A DNA stretch of 63,901 bases, filler included, from Reclinomonas americana ATCC 50394 (taxonomy: Eukaryota): assembly GCA_048213135.1 (NCBI GenBank). It is 9 parts of 9 records of this genome, joined end to end, with 100 filler letters (N's around TTAATTAATTAA, not from the genome) between each part and the next. Parts side by side here need not be neighbours in the genome. Positions count along the whole stretch, not along the records: positions 24,581 to 33,074 come from AFZH01019741.1; positions 33,175 to 41,432 come from AFZH01019742.1; positions 41,533 to 52,372 come from AFZH01019743.1; 6 more parts are not named here. One strand, 5' to 3'. The position numbers and the translations under genes are program-made. How positions within the stretch are numbered: position 1 is the first letter of the stretch; each line of letters opens with the position of its first letter. The notes under the pieces are model-generated. The model had not been told where the DNA came from. It did no database searches and was given only the letters and a program-made list of their open reading frames with translations. This document shows positions 31,201-43,419 of this stretch, piece after piece.

Positions 31201-33298
31201 CCACCCTGCAGCACAATCTGCTCGGCCACCTCGGCCACGGCATGCGCACTCAGCGAGTCGGTCAGCTGGAAACACAGCTTGGCAAACACGCGGCCGTGAG
31301 TGGCGGGTGTGGTGGACGCAGGCGCCGCTGCTGCCGCCGCTGCCGCTGCTGCCGCTGCTGCGGCCGTTGATTCCGCAGTCGTACTTGGGCGAGGTGCAGA
31401 GGAGCCACCGAGGGCAGCGGAGGACGACCGCCGTGCGACACTGCATGACGAACACAAACGTGAGTCAGGCTGATGCTTCGAGAGACACAGGGCGAGTGAG
31501 TCATTCGCACCGTGCATCGGGCAGGTCGTCGACGTTAATCAGATACTGCGCGGAGACGGGAACGAGCAGAGATCGCCGTTCGCACTCCTGCAGCCAGGAC
31601 AGCGACACGATCCGCGCACCGCGGTTGGCTTGCGCCAGAGGGTACAGATCGCGGGCTTTTGGCTCGCTGCCGACCACCACATGCGTAATGTCACTGGACG
31701 GGGAGCCGGTTGGCAGTCGAATGGCACCACGCTGTGAACGGGGGAACGGGGCGAGTCAGAAACCTTGTATGTGTAAAAGGAAAAGCACGCCGAACACGAC
31801 GCACCATGCGGCAGATCGTCTTGGCTTCTTCGAGCTCACCGGTGGTCATGCCCGAGAGCATGACCTTGCACCCGTCGAGGAAGAGCGACTCGACGCCAAA
31901 GACATCGTCGCCAAACGGCGGCTGCAGCAGGGAGCGCAAGTCTGCGGCGAGAGGGTGGTGAGCGACGCACAGGCACAACATGAAGTGCTTGCCATTCAAC
32001 TCTTTACGCCACGGAAGGGACTGGCGGCGGTAGGCTTCTTGCCAGATCGCGGTATCGCGGGTGGTGCTGGGCGATCCGACGAGACCTACAGCACATGCGA
32101 GTCAATGATCCAACACACTTTGCTGTCAACTGAAATCAAAAAGCACGCGCACCTCCTCCATTTCATCGGCGCCTCCGCGACCTGCACGACGACCGGCGCC
32201 CATGGACGAACCGGGTGTGGGCTTCACGACGGCCGACTGATTCCAGCTGTCTTCCTGCGGGCGCACCAAGTACGAATCCATGGCGACAAATGCTGCGCTC
32301 GCACACACACGCACACGACAGTGTGAGACAGAGGAGCGCGACAACGCATGCAGAGAGCAAGAGAGCGCACCTTTGGAGGCGGCCACCTGCTGCAGCCAGT
32401 CGGGATGCACCAGCGTCACACGCGGATGCTGCACGGCCACCGCAATCTTCTGCCGCTGCACATCAAACTCGTGTTGTCGCCATTACCCAGTGAGACAAGG
32501 TTTGGGGAGGGAAGAGAGAGAGACAGACCGCGCACACACACACACATATCTTGGCGATCAGCACATTGCACACGGTGCAGTCGAGCGTGTCGTCCCACAC
32601 GCCGCCCAGCTCACGACAAGTGCGCATGCACGGCTCTCGCTCGGCCGCCGACAGACCAGTGGACGACATGCGCAGGCCAGCCAGCGGCGGCAGCACAAAC
32701 GACTCCGCAGGAAGCATCTCGCCACGCTCCTGCGAGGCATCGAGCCACTGCCGACCAATCACAGGCAAACCGATTTCCATGGCCCGCTGACGATGAAATG
32801 AATGAATGAATGCGATCACCAGAGACGCTCTCTCTCTCTCTCTCTCTCATACACACTCACCGAGTGCACATCGCTGCCGACACGCGCACACACAACATGC
32901 GTGATGGTCTTGTCGAGCGCGGCTTGCACTCGACAATGAAGACTGGTGGCGCATGCGGCTAATGCAGACTGCAGTGCGCCACTATGTGAGGGTACAAGAG
33001 AGTGAGAGTGAGAGAGAGGCACAAACACACACACGCACAGTGTCATCTTTGGAGAAGCCATCGAGCACAATCACNNNNNNNNNNNNNNNNNNNNNNNNNN
33101 NNNNNNNNNNNNNNNNNNTTAATTAATTAANNNNNNNNNNNNNNNNNNNNNNNNNNNNNNNNNNNNNNNNNNNNAGGGCCACCGACTGGTGTTCCACGAG
33201 ACTGCGCGCACAAACGACTGTGAGCGACTGTGTGGCAAGAGAGAGGAGGAGAAGGAGGGGGAGAAAGAAGAGAGACTCACAGAGCGACGAGCGCTCAT
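28284..33298 (-). CDS. TOPBP1: Multi-BRCT checkpoint protein TopBP1/Rad4-like (spans a gap)
   Basis: Several BRCT cores (LPVIGRQWLDAS, LVHPDWL, IVHPNWLWDS, THLLAGVPTQTSKYLSALARGIWILQPSYV, FDGWVV...CEMGGAKV). The putative first exon MSARRS at 33298 is tentative. Confidence 0.8.
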
Positions 33299-33536
33299 GC
33301 GCTTCACTTCAAGTGTGTTTTGTAGGGAAAGGGACAATCGTGATGTGCGGGAGAGTGACGTCACTTTGACGACGCTGCGACATGCATGTGTCGTTGTGCG
33401 AGTCATACAGGCGTGTTCCCGCGTTGGCCAAAGCAAGCAGCGCGCGTGGTGATTCAATCACAAGAAAAAACGACGGATCACGATATCAACAAGTCGACGA
33501 CGTCGTCGACCTCTTTTCTAACATGTACACATTCAT

Positions 33537-36500
33537 TCACAAGCCCAGTTGTCTTTGCAGTGCAAGCCATGCCGACTGCACGGCGCTGGTGAGCCGTCCA
33601 CCCAGCACACTCGACACGGACGCGATGACAGTCGCGGAGGTCGATGTCGACCTCGACGTTGCAGCGGTGGCCACTTGCGTGCCGCCTGCCACCACCAGCG
33701 CATACTGGTCGAAGAGATCGGTGGAGACGCGTCGTTGTGCGCGCTGAGTGGGAGCATCAATTGTGAGTGGAGGATGTGAGCAGATACTCTCTCATTCTGT
33801 CAACGCAACATGAGTGAGTGCGGTGAGCAGCACACTGCCGATGAGCGTCAGTGCACCGAGAGAGCCCTTCACGAGGCCCACGCGATTCGAGTCGCGACTC
33901 CTGTGCATGTGAGATGAGCATGCATGATGACTGCGTGCACATGTGCATGCATCCTTGTCTGTCTGTGCGCGTAACAGGCGAAAGAGAACACGGGCGAGCA
34001 GTGGATGCATGTCTCCCGTCGTCAGCTCATGCGGAGGGATCGAACTACAGGACTGTCTTTCGTGGTTTTATTCACCAGACGACGTCGAGGAGACAATGTC
34101 GACGGCCGGGTACCGCCCGTGTACTTGTTGTATGGTGTGACTGGTGATTTCGGTGCCGCGCAAGTCGAGTTCGCGAAGCCGTGGACACAGGTCGAGCAGG
34201 CGGAAGAGGCCTTCGCGAGTGACGTTGGTCTGTGCTCCCTCAGATTAGCTCGTGTGTCGCGCAGCGAGGAAGATCAATCAACACGCAACAGAATCGTGCA
34301 GGTCGACGGCAATCACCGAGGGGCAGCACGCGGCCACCAGCTCCACAATGTCGTCGTCGACGAGGGGCGAGTCGGCCAGGCGGAGGACTTCGATCTCGGA
34401 ACCGATCAGGTTGCGCCACAGATCGGCCTCCTCCTCCGACACCGTGCCCGTACATGCGCCTACGCACGCACGCAGTCAGCTTTGCTTGCTCGCTCGCCGC
34501 GCGCGCATCAAGAAACATACACACGCACCCTGTGATATTCTACGCTCGCAATAAATCTGTCGCCAGTCGCCGGCGCACACGTCAAACACCTCCGACACCT
34601 CCAGATGCCGCTTTGCCAGCAGGAACCACATCACATCGAGAGGCACCTCACACACGGTGGCCAGCAGATCCTGCACCTGGAACAGGTCCAGCAGGTCCAC
34701 GTCGAGCAAGAACGACGACGTCAACTCGGCCATCAGCGACGCAGACACCTCGCGCACGTCGCACGTCAACGGCAGACAGCGCATGTACAACACAGGAATC
34801 TGCACAGAGCGTGACAGTCAACACTTCCCTGCGTGTGCATGCCGTGCACACAAACAAGCCGACACGCACCTGCAACTCCTTGCTGGCCGCCAACATGAAT
34901 TCGGGTCCCTCGGCCGGCATCCACTACAGAGAGAGCAGGTCGTTCAGTCTCTCCCCCCAACACGTCGACAGCACAACTCCCACTACGCAACAAGTGCCGT
35001 CTCCGAGACCAAGAGATTGGGGTCGCACAGGATCTCCACCACCGCCGCGCACACGTGCTCACTAAAGATCGCACCCAGCACGACTTGATCACCTGGAGCC
35101 GCAGACCGGAAGGCACTCGAGTAACTGGCGGCCAGCGACAGCGGCAGCGCGAATTGCCGACCAGAGGCCGCACACACAAGGAAGGCCGACGACGACATGC
35201 GCACGGCACTGCCGTTGCTCAGTCGCGTCTCCCACTCGTCCATTGGCTCGCCGCCCATTTCACCATCACCGTCGAGCGCTCCCTGCGCACACGTGTGTGA
35301 ACAAGGAGCAGTGACACATCACCATCAACACATGCCCGCACCTCAGCCGCTGCTCCCGCATCTTGCGGCGACACCACCATGGCGGACCGGGGAGGAATAA
35401 CAAAATAGTCCGGGTGGATGAGTGGCGGCTTGTCGGAGCGCGGCGCGTTCTCCAGCAGAATGTCCAACGGATCGCGTGGAGTGGGCGACATGGACGACGG
35501 CGACACGATACTCGACGACGACGCGCCACCAATGTCCCCGTTCGCGCGTGGAGTCGAGGCCCCCGAGGCGGTCGCCGACGAGCCACCACTCATCGGCTGA
35601 CCCTGGTATCGCCTGTGCAGCATCTGCAACTCCAGCACCTGACGCGCCACATGTCGCTGACCTGCGCAGTGCCAGTGTGAGCCGAGCATACGACAAAGCG
35701 CCCACCAATCAACGCACTTGACATGAGGGCGCTGAGGCTCGGACTCTGCGGTCGCCCAGAGGCCGAGCGACTTGAGGTTGGCGACTGCGATGTCACGAAC
35801 AACATGAGAATGCGGTGGAGAAAATGCGAAAGGCACCTGCGCGACACGCAACAATCTCGGTGCTGCCGTTGAGTCGCGACAGTGGCAATGGTGGCACCGT
35901 CAGTGTACCACGGAAGCCCATACCACCGCTGCCACCACTACTATCCAAGCCCGATGGGCGAGGTGAGAGAGGTGAGCGCTGTCGTACCACATCGTCGAGC
36001 GACACTCGCACAGTTTGCGCCTCGTTGCCACCAACGGAAGCGTCACTGTGTCGCGACGAAGAGGCGATTGAACGCTGCGAGAACGACGACTTGCGAATGG
36101 CACGCGGCCACGGTCCACTGCCACGGCGGAAGAGCGACGTGCCATACTCGCGAGCACCACGGACCACCCGGCGCATCCACGTGCGCGCCGGTTTTCCATT
36201 CACCGACTGCCGCGCCACCGAGACCGAGCTGTAGTCGGACATGGCGGAGCTCGTGGCAGAGCGCGGCGAGTAGCCGGGTGCAATCGAGGAGAAGAGACCA
36301 CGAAGGGTGGACAGGTTGCTGCACCGGCAAGAAGAGGGGGAGTGAGCGTGATGGAGAAGGGATTTTTTGAAAATGTGAGAGGCACAGACCTGGCGCCGTA
36401 TGCCTCCACCGACGAGGCCAGAGATGCAGAATCGGCCTGCGAGCAATGAGGAGAGTGAGAGGTCATGAATGGAGAAGTCGCAAGTGAAGAAGAATCAGCT

Positions 36501-39500
36501 GTGCAAACCTCCGGTGATCTGCACAAGCATCATGTGGTCAGTCAATAGCAGTACAGCACAAGCACAACGAACAAACGCAACGATGCTCTGACTTGTGGCC
36601 GCGTGGAGCTTGCCGACACATTCAGCGCCTCCTCCGCCTTCAGTTCTGCGTGCAGCTGCACCAGCTCCGACACATCACGGAGGTGGTCGATCAGCTGACC
36701 AAACTCCTCAGCCCTGCCAACCGCCTCCTCAAAATCGCTGACCAGCTGCTCAAGCACGACAGGGACAGCGTGTCAGCAAAGAGCACAACAACAATCCCTG
36801 CTCAAAACAGAGACACACGCACCCAGTCAATGTGCGCGCCAAACATCGTTCCCGACTTTTCAAAATCGTCGTCTCCCGTCTCCGACTCGTTGCTGCCGCT
36901 TGCGGACGGTTTCTTCTGCAAGCACACATCAGCATCATCAAGCAATCATAATGAGCGAGGGAGACACTGACCGGTGAGCGGTACAGCTGGAGAATGGTGT
37001 GGCGGAACTCGTCACGCTGCTCGCTGAGCACATTCTCCGTCTCCAGCGACGCCGAATAAACGCATGTCTGTCAAGCAGTAGAAGTGAGACCGATGTTCCA
37101 CATACTGCGCGCACTTCACAAGGATGCTCACCTGCGTCACCAAATCGTCCGTCACCACCAGCACATCAATCATGTCTCGCAGCACGCCGGCCACCTGTCG
37201 CACATCTTCGCCATCCACCTGCGCGACAGGGATGTAAGCAAGGAGGCGCTCTCACTGACGTGAAGCCCACGACAGCGTGCCACGCAACTGCCTCCACCAG
37301 TGCAGATCGCAGAATCTCACTCATGACTTGCGTGCAGATTTGCTCGGAGGTCGAACGAAGCCGCTGTTGTGCCAACACGCTCTCCATAAAGACTGCCTTC
37401 GGGATCCCAAACAGTTCGTAAATGCCGAAATCCACCGAGTACACGGTCGCCCCTGCCAGCTCCGTGGCCTCCTTGTCCTCGAGCTGGACGGGGAAAAGGC
37501 GTCAACAACACCGTCGCCAACACATAAGTGCATCGTAAAGAAGACATACCTCGCCAACCGTGCTGGAGCGCCGGGCGGCAGTCACGGGCACCTTGGGTGC
37601 CACAGGTCGACCACGGCGCAAAGTCATTACTCGCGATGCGCTGGTGGGGTCAGCCTGCCAACATGCACTGTTTTAGCACAAACAAACACACACATCCGAG
37701 CAATGCAGCGTGGAGGGGACACGCACCGCCAGTCGTCGTTCCAGCTCAGCGAGTCTCTCCTGCGCACTCGACCACAGATTGATGGAGAAGCCGGGTGAGA
37801 GGACGCCTTGCACAATCGCACTGCGCGCGTCCTCATGAACGAATTTCGGCAGAGCGCCAATGCGGCTCCGCAGCTCCTCGTAATCCAAGTTCGGCTGTGC
37901 GAGAGAACGAGAGTGAGCCAACTGCAGAGGCACGCCACGGGCGGCCAACGAGCATCGACTCACCGCCTCGGGGACGCGATCGCTGACCGACGGACCACCC
38001 TGCAGGCACCAGTTGATCACTCGCATGACCCACCGCATCGGGTTCCACATGCGCTGATGATCCAGCAGCTGCACGATGACCGGTGCGTCTTGCGCTCGCA
38101 ACGTACCGGTGATCAGCGACCGTGCAAGTTCGTCCAGTGTTTCACCGCTGATCAAATGAGTGGTAAGTGACAAATCGACAAAAGGGAGAAGAGAGAAACA
38201 TTAACGTACCGACGCGCCTGCTCCGACAGCGCGCTGCGGAGGTGCGCCACAGTGCCGCAATAGTCCGTGTACAAATCTCGACAAAAGACTTGATAGTTCT
38301 GCGACTCGAACGTGCGCAGGTACCGCCACAAGAACTCCTCGCCCCAGTCGACCTCCATCAGTGGCCAAGAGACGAACAATGCAGTCAAGGATTAGATATA
38401 GAAAAGAAGACAAGACGCAGTGCGTGAGCTAAGCATGGCAACAAAGAAGGATATCTCCTGGCTCGAAGATCTGGCCAAACAGAATCAGCTCGATTTGGTT
38501 TTTCTCGTCGAGGAACACGCGCTCCACGTCGTACAGGCGACCCAGCTGGCCGCTGCTGGAGAATTGTTGCTGCGCGCACAAGGAGAGCGATAAGAGCAAA
38601 GATCACGTAAACTGTCAGGCAGTCACAGTCGTACGTACCTCCAGCTCCTTCACTGCCGTCTGGAAGCGCTGCTTCATGTTCATCTCCGACGCCGGCATGC
38701 CCGGAATGATCCACTCGCCTTCACCGGCAAACACATTCTTCTCCTTGCGCACGCGCCACAAGCGGATCCACTCCCATTCTTCGGGAGTCAGCACTGCGCC
38801 AGCCTTGATTTGCACTCCGGGAATCATGCAGCGCATTTCCGAGTCGACCAATATCCTAAAACCGCGGTCCTCCGAGTAGAACTTGACGGCCGCTGTGGAG
38901 AATGAGTGAGTCGCCATTCCCTTGCTCGTCACCCTGACAGGATCACGCACCAACATAAACTCCCGGATGCAGCGCAGGTGAATCATCGTCTGCACTCATG
39001 CGCTTGGCGTGCTTTTGCGCTGCACGCACCCATCGCTGGCCGGTAAATGTCTGCGCCAGCATACCCAGATGCGTCCCCTCATCCATTCCTTGGTAAACCT
39101 TGTAGAACTGCACAGCGACCGATCAGCACTCTTCTTCCGCACACATGCAAAGTGTGAAACTCAACTCGCTCCTCAAAATCTTCGGCATCGATCCACTTGT
39201 AGCGATCACGACGTGGCAACGGAAAGTTAACATCGGTCTCCGGGAACACCACGCACGTGACGAGCAGGAGGTGTTGCGACGACTGCGACAACAGAACGCA
39301 CGATCAACACACAGGGGGGCATGTATCAGGAAGAGGAGAAGACGTCACTCACTTCGCTGCCAATTGACACTGGCCGATCGAATGGCACGCCGAGCTCAGC
39401 ACTGCCGAGTAGCTGCTTCATCTCCAGCGCCGCCGTGGCAATCGCCTTGCGAATCGGTGTGATACCAATCTCGCCTGATCACCATTGTTCTCACGTGAGC

Positions 39501-41432
39501 GAGCGCAGTTGGAGAAACGCAGAGAGAGTCTCGTCCACCAGCAACTCACCCAGGTTGTCGGGCTTGACAATCGACCCCAGGCTGGTACCGAGGTCGACCA
39601 GCCACATAAAGTCTGGATGCTCGTCGTCCAGCTGCTGTGCCTCCTCCAGCGATATGCGGATCCGCACTGCCGGCACATTCTCGCGATCCGACTCCACCAT
39701 CACCTGCACGAATGCCGGCTCAGTACGAAGTCACAGCGGTACACCACCATGAGCGACAGAGGCACACACCTGATTGCCCTTGAGCATCAACAGCACCAGG
39801 TAGACGCCATCGTCCCATCGGTTGCGGAAGAGGGCCTCGAGTTCGGGTTTCCGCTTGCGCTCTTTGCGCTGCGCCCGTCAAACAACGTGTGTGAGAACAT
39901 GTGGACGGCGACTGCACAACACTCCTACTGCAGCGTCTCACCGCGTCGGATTCGCCACTAAACAGGTGCGACTGAAATGGGACGTAGCGTGGGAAGTTCT
40001 TGCGACCCTCCCACTCCGCCAGCAACGATGTGAGCGTCTGCAGATCGTTGCCCAGATACTGCAGCTGGGTCAGGAGACGCTCGTGTTCCTTGTCGCCTTC
40101 CGACGCGTGTCTGTGCCACAATAGATGACACGAGATGTGAGGGGACTGAGAAGAGCGAGCATGTCGTAGAAAACAAGAGGAACGCTCAACTGTGGCAGCT
40201 GGTAGGTGACGTTGAGGAGAGCAGACACGGCTCGGTCGTGCAACGCCTCTTTGCGAAGTGGAAAGGGCATCTAACAGGAGACTCGTCAGGCGTGAAGGAA
40301 AGACGAAGCCACAACTGCAGCACGCACCTTGACAGCCTGCTCAATGATGCACGCGGAAAGATACAGACGGTACTCGATGACGGAGTGGCTCTTGGCCATG
40401 CGCTCCAACACCGTGACGGCGAATTCGAGCACCTGATCGCGGACCATCGTCGACGTGATGCGCTGCCACCACAATCACACAGTGGATGTGAGTCCTTGTC
40501 ATCTCGGTGGCACCCACTATTACACCGCAAGCTCACCCTTCTCAAGCTGACCAGCGCCCGTTGCAAATCGGGGCTCTGACCCGAGATGATCTTGTTCAGC
40601 TGCTCGCCCAGATCGGCCTCGGCACCGACGGCCCAGTCGGTGTTGTTGCACATGGAGGCGGCAAAGTCGACGCTGACAATGCGAATCATCATGTGCTCCA
40701 GCTTTGGCAGCCGCGGATTGTACATCTCCGTGTACGCGATCCAAATAGCCTTCTCCATGGCCACCTTGATGGCGTAGTGCCTGTGGCGCGTAGCGTCAGC
40801 GCGCGTGACGCGAGAGGCAAGGTGAGGTGACAGCTGGTGTGGACGCAACGACTCGATCTCCAAGCGATTGTCGTCAATATTCAGCACAAAGTGGATCATG
40901 TCGCGCTGGCCCAGACTGCGCACGTCCTCCAGCGCAAAGCCCTCCACGAACGGATACGACCGTTCCACCATGTACCTGAGTCCACCGCCAACGCGCGCGG
41001 TGAGCGTCTCGTGCTGTAAAGTGCAAGAGCGAAAGAGACGAACCGAGTCTTGGAGAACATGGAGCTCTTGGCCACCACCACAAAGAGCGCAAAGGCACCG
41101 CACCAGTCGCGCGCAATGCAGAAAATGCGCTCCTGCTTCTTGGTCTTCAGTCGGCTGCGCTTGGTGAGTTTCTGCAATGCAGGCGAGAATGCACAGTCGG
41201 GAAACACGGTCATTGATGCACACACACACGCATGCCACCGCACCTGCCACACAAAGGTGCCCTTGACGGCGAGCAGCGGTCGCATGCGATCCATGCCCTC
41301 CACGGTGAAGATCTCCTTTTGGAGAATGGCCTCCAGTTGCCCTTGCACGATGACTGCAGAGAGGAACGACCGGCATTCAGCGGTGGCGTTGGCGTGCATG
41401 TCATCTATTATCTTACGCACCGTGATGACGAG
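33537..41432 (-). CDS. Very large multi-exon protein with a PH-like segment and an ANKFN1/WAKE-like region; 5' end in gap
   Basis: Chain of in-frame exons ending ...LQRQLGL* at 33537. Central motifs RKAIATAALEMKQLLGSAELG, PDFMWLVDL, GVYVAAVKFYS...TPEEWEWIRLW. Could be more than one gene. Confidence 0.65.
38361..38454 (-). other. U12-type (minor) AT-AC intron, 94 nt
   Basis: Minus-strand donor ATATCCTT (plus-strand AAGGATAT at 38447-38454), branch TCCTTGAC (38384-38391), ends AC. Removal gives IFEPG-V-MEVDWGEEFLW in frame. Confidence 0.9.
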
Positions 41433-41532
41433 NNNNNNNNNNNNNNNNNNNNNNNNNNNNNNNNNNNNNNNNNNNNTTAATTAATTAANNNNNNNNNNNN
41501 NNNNNNNNNNNNNNNNNNNNNNNNNNNNNNNN

Positions 41533-41794
41533 CCTCCTGCGTGGCTGCGCTCGCTCAATCCGTGGGTCGTATGGCTGCTGGAGATTGGCGCGTACACGGT
41601 GCAAATGACGTGCTTGTATCTGCTGATGTTGGCGGTCATGTCGATGAACTTTTGGTTGCTGGTCGGCGTCTCGGCCGGCGTTGGTATCTCGATGCTGGCG
41701 TTGCCGAAGTGAGCGCTTGTTCCTGTCTGGCGCTTGAGTGAACGTCGCTTGTTGTTGTTGTTGTTGTTGAAGCTGTGTCCCCGTGCGCGCGTGA
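41533..41794 (+). CDS. Ctr-family copper transporter, 3' part
   Basis: VQMTCLYLLMLAVMSMNFWLLVGVSAGVGIS contains the Ctr MxxxM and GxxxG motifs. Ends at 41712 if unspliced or 41794 if the GTGAGC...AAG intron is removed. Confidence 0.8.
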
Positions 41795-41820
41795 TTGTGA
41801 CTCCGAGTGGCGAGAGGCGA

Positions 41821-42446
41821 ATGTTTCACAACCCCGGTAACAGCGATCGCAAGTTGCTGGAGGAGATCGATGCGGGGCGCATGACAGAGCGCAACCTGGA
41901 TGTGCGTCTTACACGTGTGTGTGTGTGTCGCGTGCGCTGATCTCATCGTTGGCGCAGGACCTCCTCGCGCTGCGTTCGCGGTACACGCTGGGTGGTGCGG
42001 TCTCGTGGTGAGAGATGTGTGCGTGTGTGTCGGTGTTCACTCTGTGCGTGTGCGTGCAGGCATGGGCGGCGCAGTGGTCGGTGCGACTGGGAGCTACTTT
42101 GCGATGCGATTCATTCGTTTCGTATCTCTCTTCTCTCTCTGTGTGTTCGTCTCTCTTGACACAGCTCACACGTATGGGGCGATCGCACAGCCGCACTGTC
42201 TCAGATGACGGAGCGACGAGTGCCGATCGTGCTCGGTTCGTGGATTGTGGCGATCGCGAGGGGCGACTTGTCTTGTCTCTGACACGCAGTGTGTGTACTC
42301 GCGCAGCGTCGACCGTGGCCACAGCGTTCTTGTCGTCGTACATTGCCGGTCGCATTCACTCGTCGGGCGTGCGGGCGGCGAAGCAGCGGGAACAGGAGGA
42401 ACTGCGGCTGGCTCGGTTGTTGGCCGAGACAGCAGAGGAGAAGTGA
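41821..42446 (+). CDS. Small two-TM protein, paralogue A
   Basis: Spliced: MFHNPGNSDRK...LRSRYTLGGMGGAVVGATGSYFAMRFIPALSQMTERRVPIVLASTVATAFLSSYIAGRIHSSGVRAAK...EEK*. Confidence 0.75.
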
Positions 42447-42596
42447 AAGAGAGAGCAGTTGTTGAGCGGATTGCTGTTACTTGTCGCTGCTTGCTTCCCC
42501 TCATGGCCATGGTGGCCACCGTGCTGGGGATTTAGTCCAATCGGTCTTTCGATTCCCTTTCAGTTTCTCATAGCACCCTCGAGCAGCAGCAACCAC

Positions 42597-43223
42597 ATGT
42601 CGAGCGACTTCCCCGACGTAAGTTCATCGCCCTTTGTGCCACAGCCGCAAACGCCCGCGGCACACGAGGCAGCGCAGCGAGATGTGGAGGTTCGTGATAT
42701 TGTACGCTGTCTTACACTCGGCCGCCGACACTCACTTTGTACTTTGTCTCCAGCACATTCGCACTCTCCGTCCGCAATACATGGCCAGTGGTGTGTGTAT
42801 GTCTCTCTCACTGACCTCCACTGTCAACCCGGGCTCACTGCTGTGCAGGGTTAACTGGTGCGGTTGCCGGTGGAGCCACCAGCTACGCACTCTTGCGCTT
42901 TGTTCGTTGCGTCCAGTATTCCTCTCGCTCTGCTCCGCTTCTCTCTTCACTCTCCGACGCACCACCACTGCAGCACGTTTCTCGCGGCTGGCCGACCGTC
43001 GCGTTCCAATTGTCATTGGTAAGCTGTCTCGGAGATTCTCTCGTCATCGCGCGCCCTTCTGCTCACATGATGCCGCCTGCAAGGATCGTCGGTGGTGGGC
43101 GCGCTCGTCACCTCCTACATCGCCGGACGCATGTACACCACGGCCTTGCGGGATGCGAAGCTGCGCCTGCAGGAGTACGACAGTCGACTCCGCACCAGTG
43201 GCAGCACATCGATGCCGCACTGA
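42597..43223 (+). CDS. Small two-TM protein, paralogue B
   Basis: Spliced: MSSDFPD...LRPQYMASGLTGAVAGGATSYALLRFVPRFSRLADRRVPIVIGSSVVGALVTSYIAGRMYTTALRDAK...MPH*. Same intron positions as paralogue A. Confidence 0.75.
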
Positions 43224-43419
43224 CATGCACCGAACAATCGTCTTCGCCTTTGTACATATTGTTTAATATTGCGATTAAAAGAGAGGCAGCACTGTCAACA
43301 AGCGTCACTCCTTGTTCCTCCTCCCACCGCCCCAGCCGCAGCAGCAGCGGTCTCGGAAAAAAGAGAGAAAAGTTGTCGCGACAAGAATCGCAGCGCCGTG
43401 TCTCTGCGCGGATCACCGA

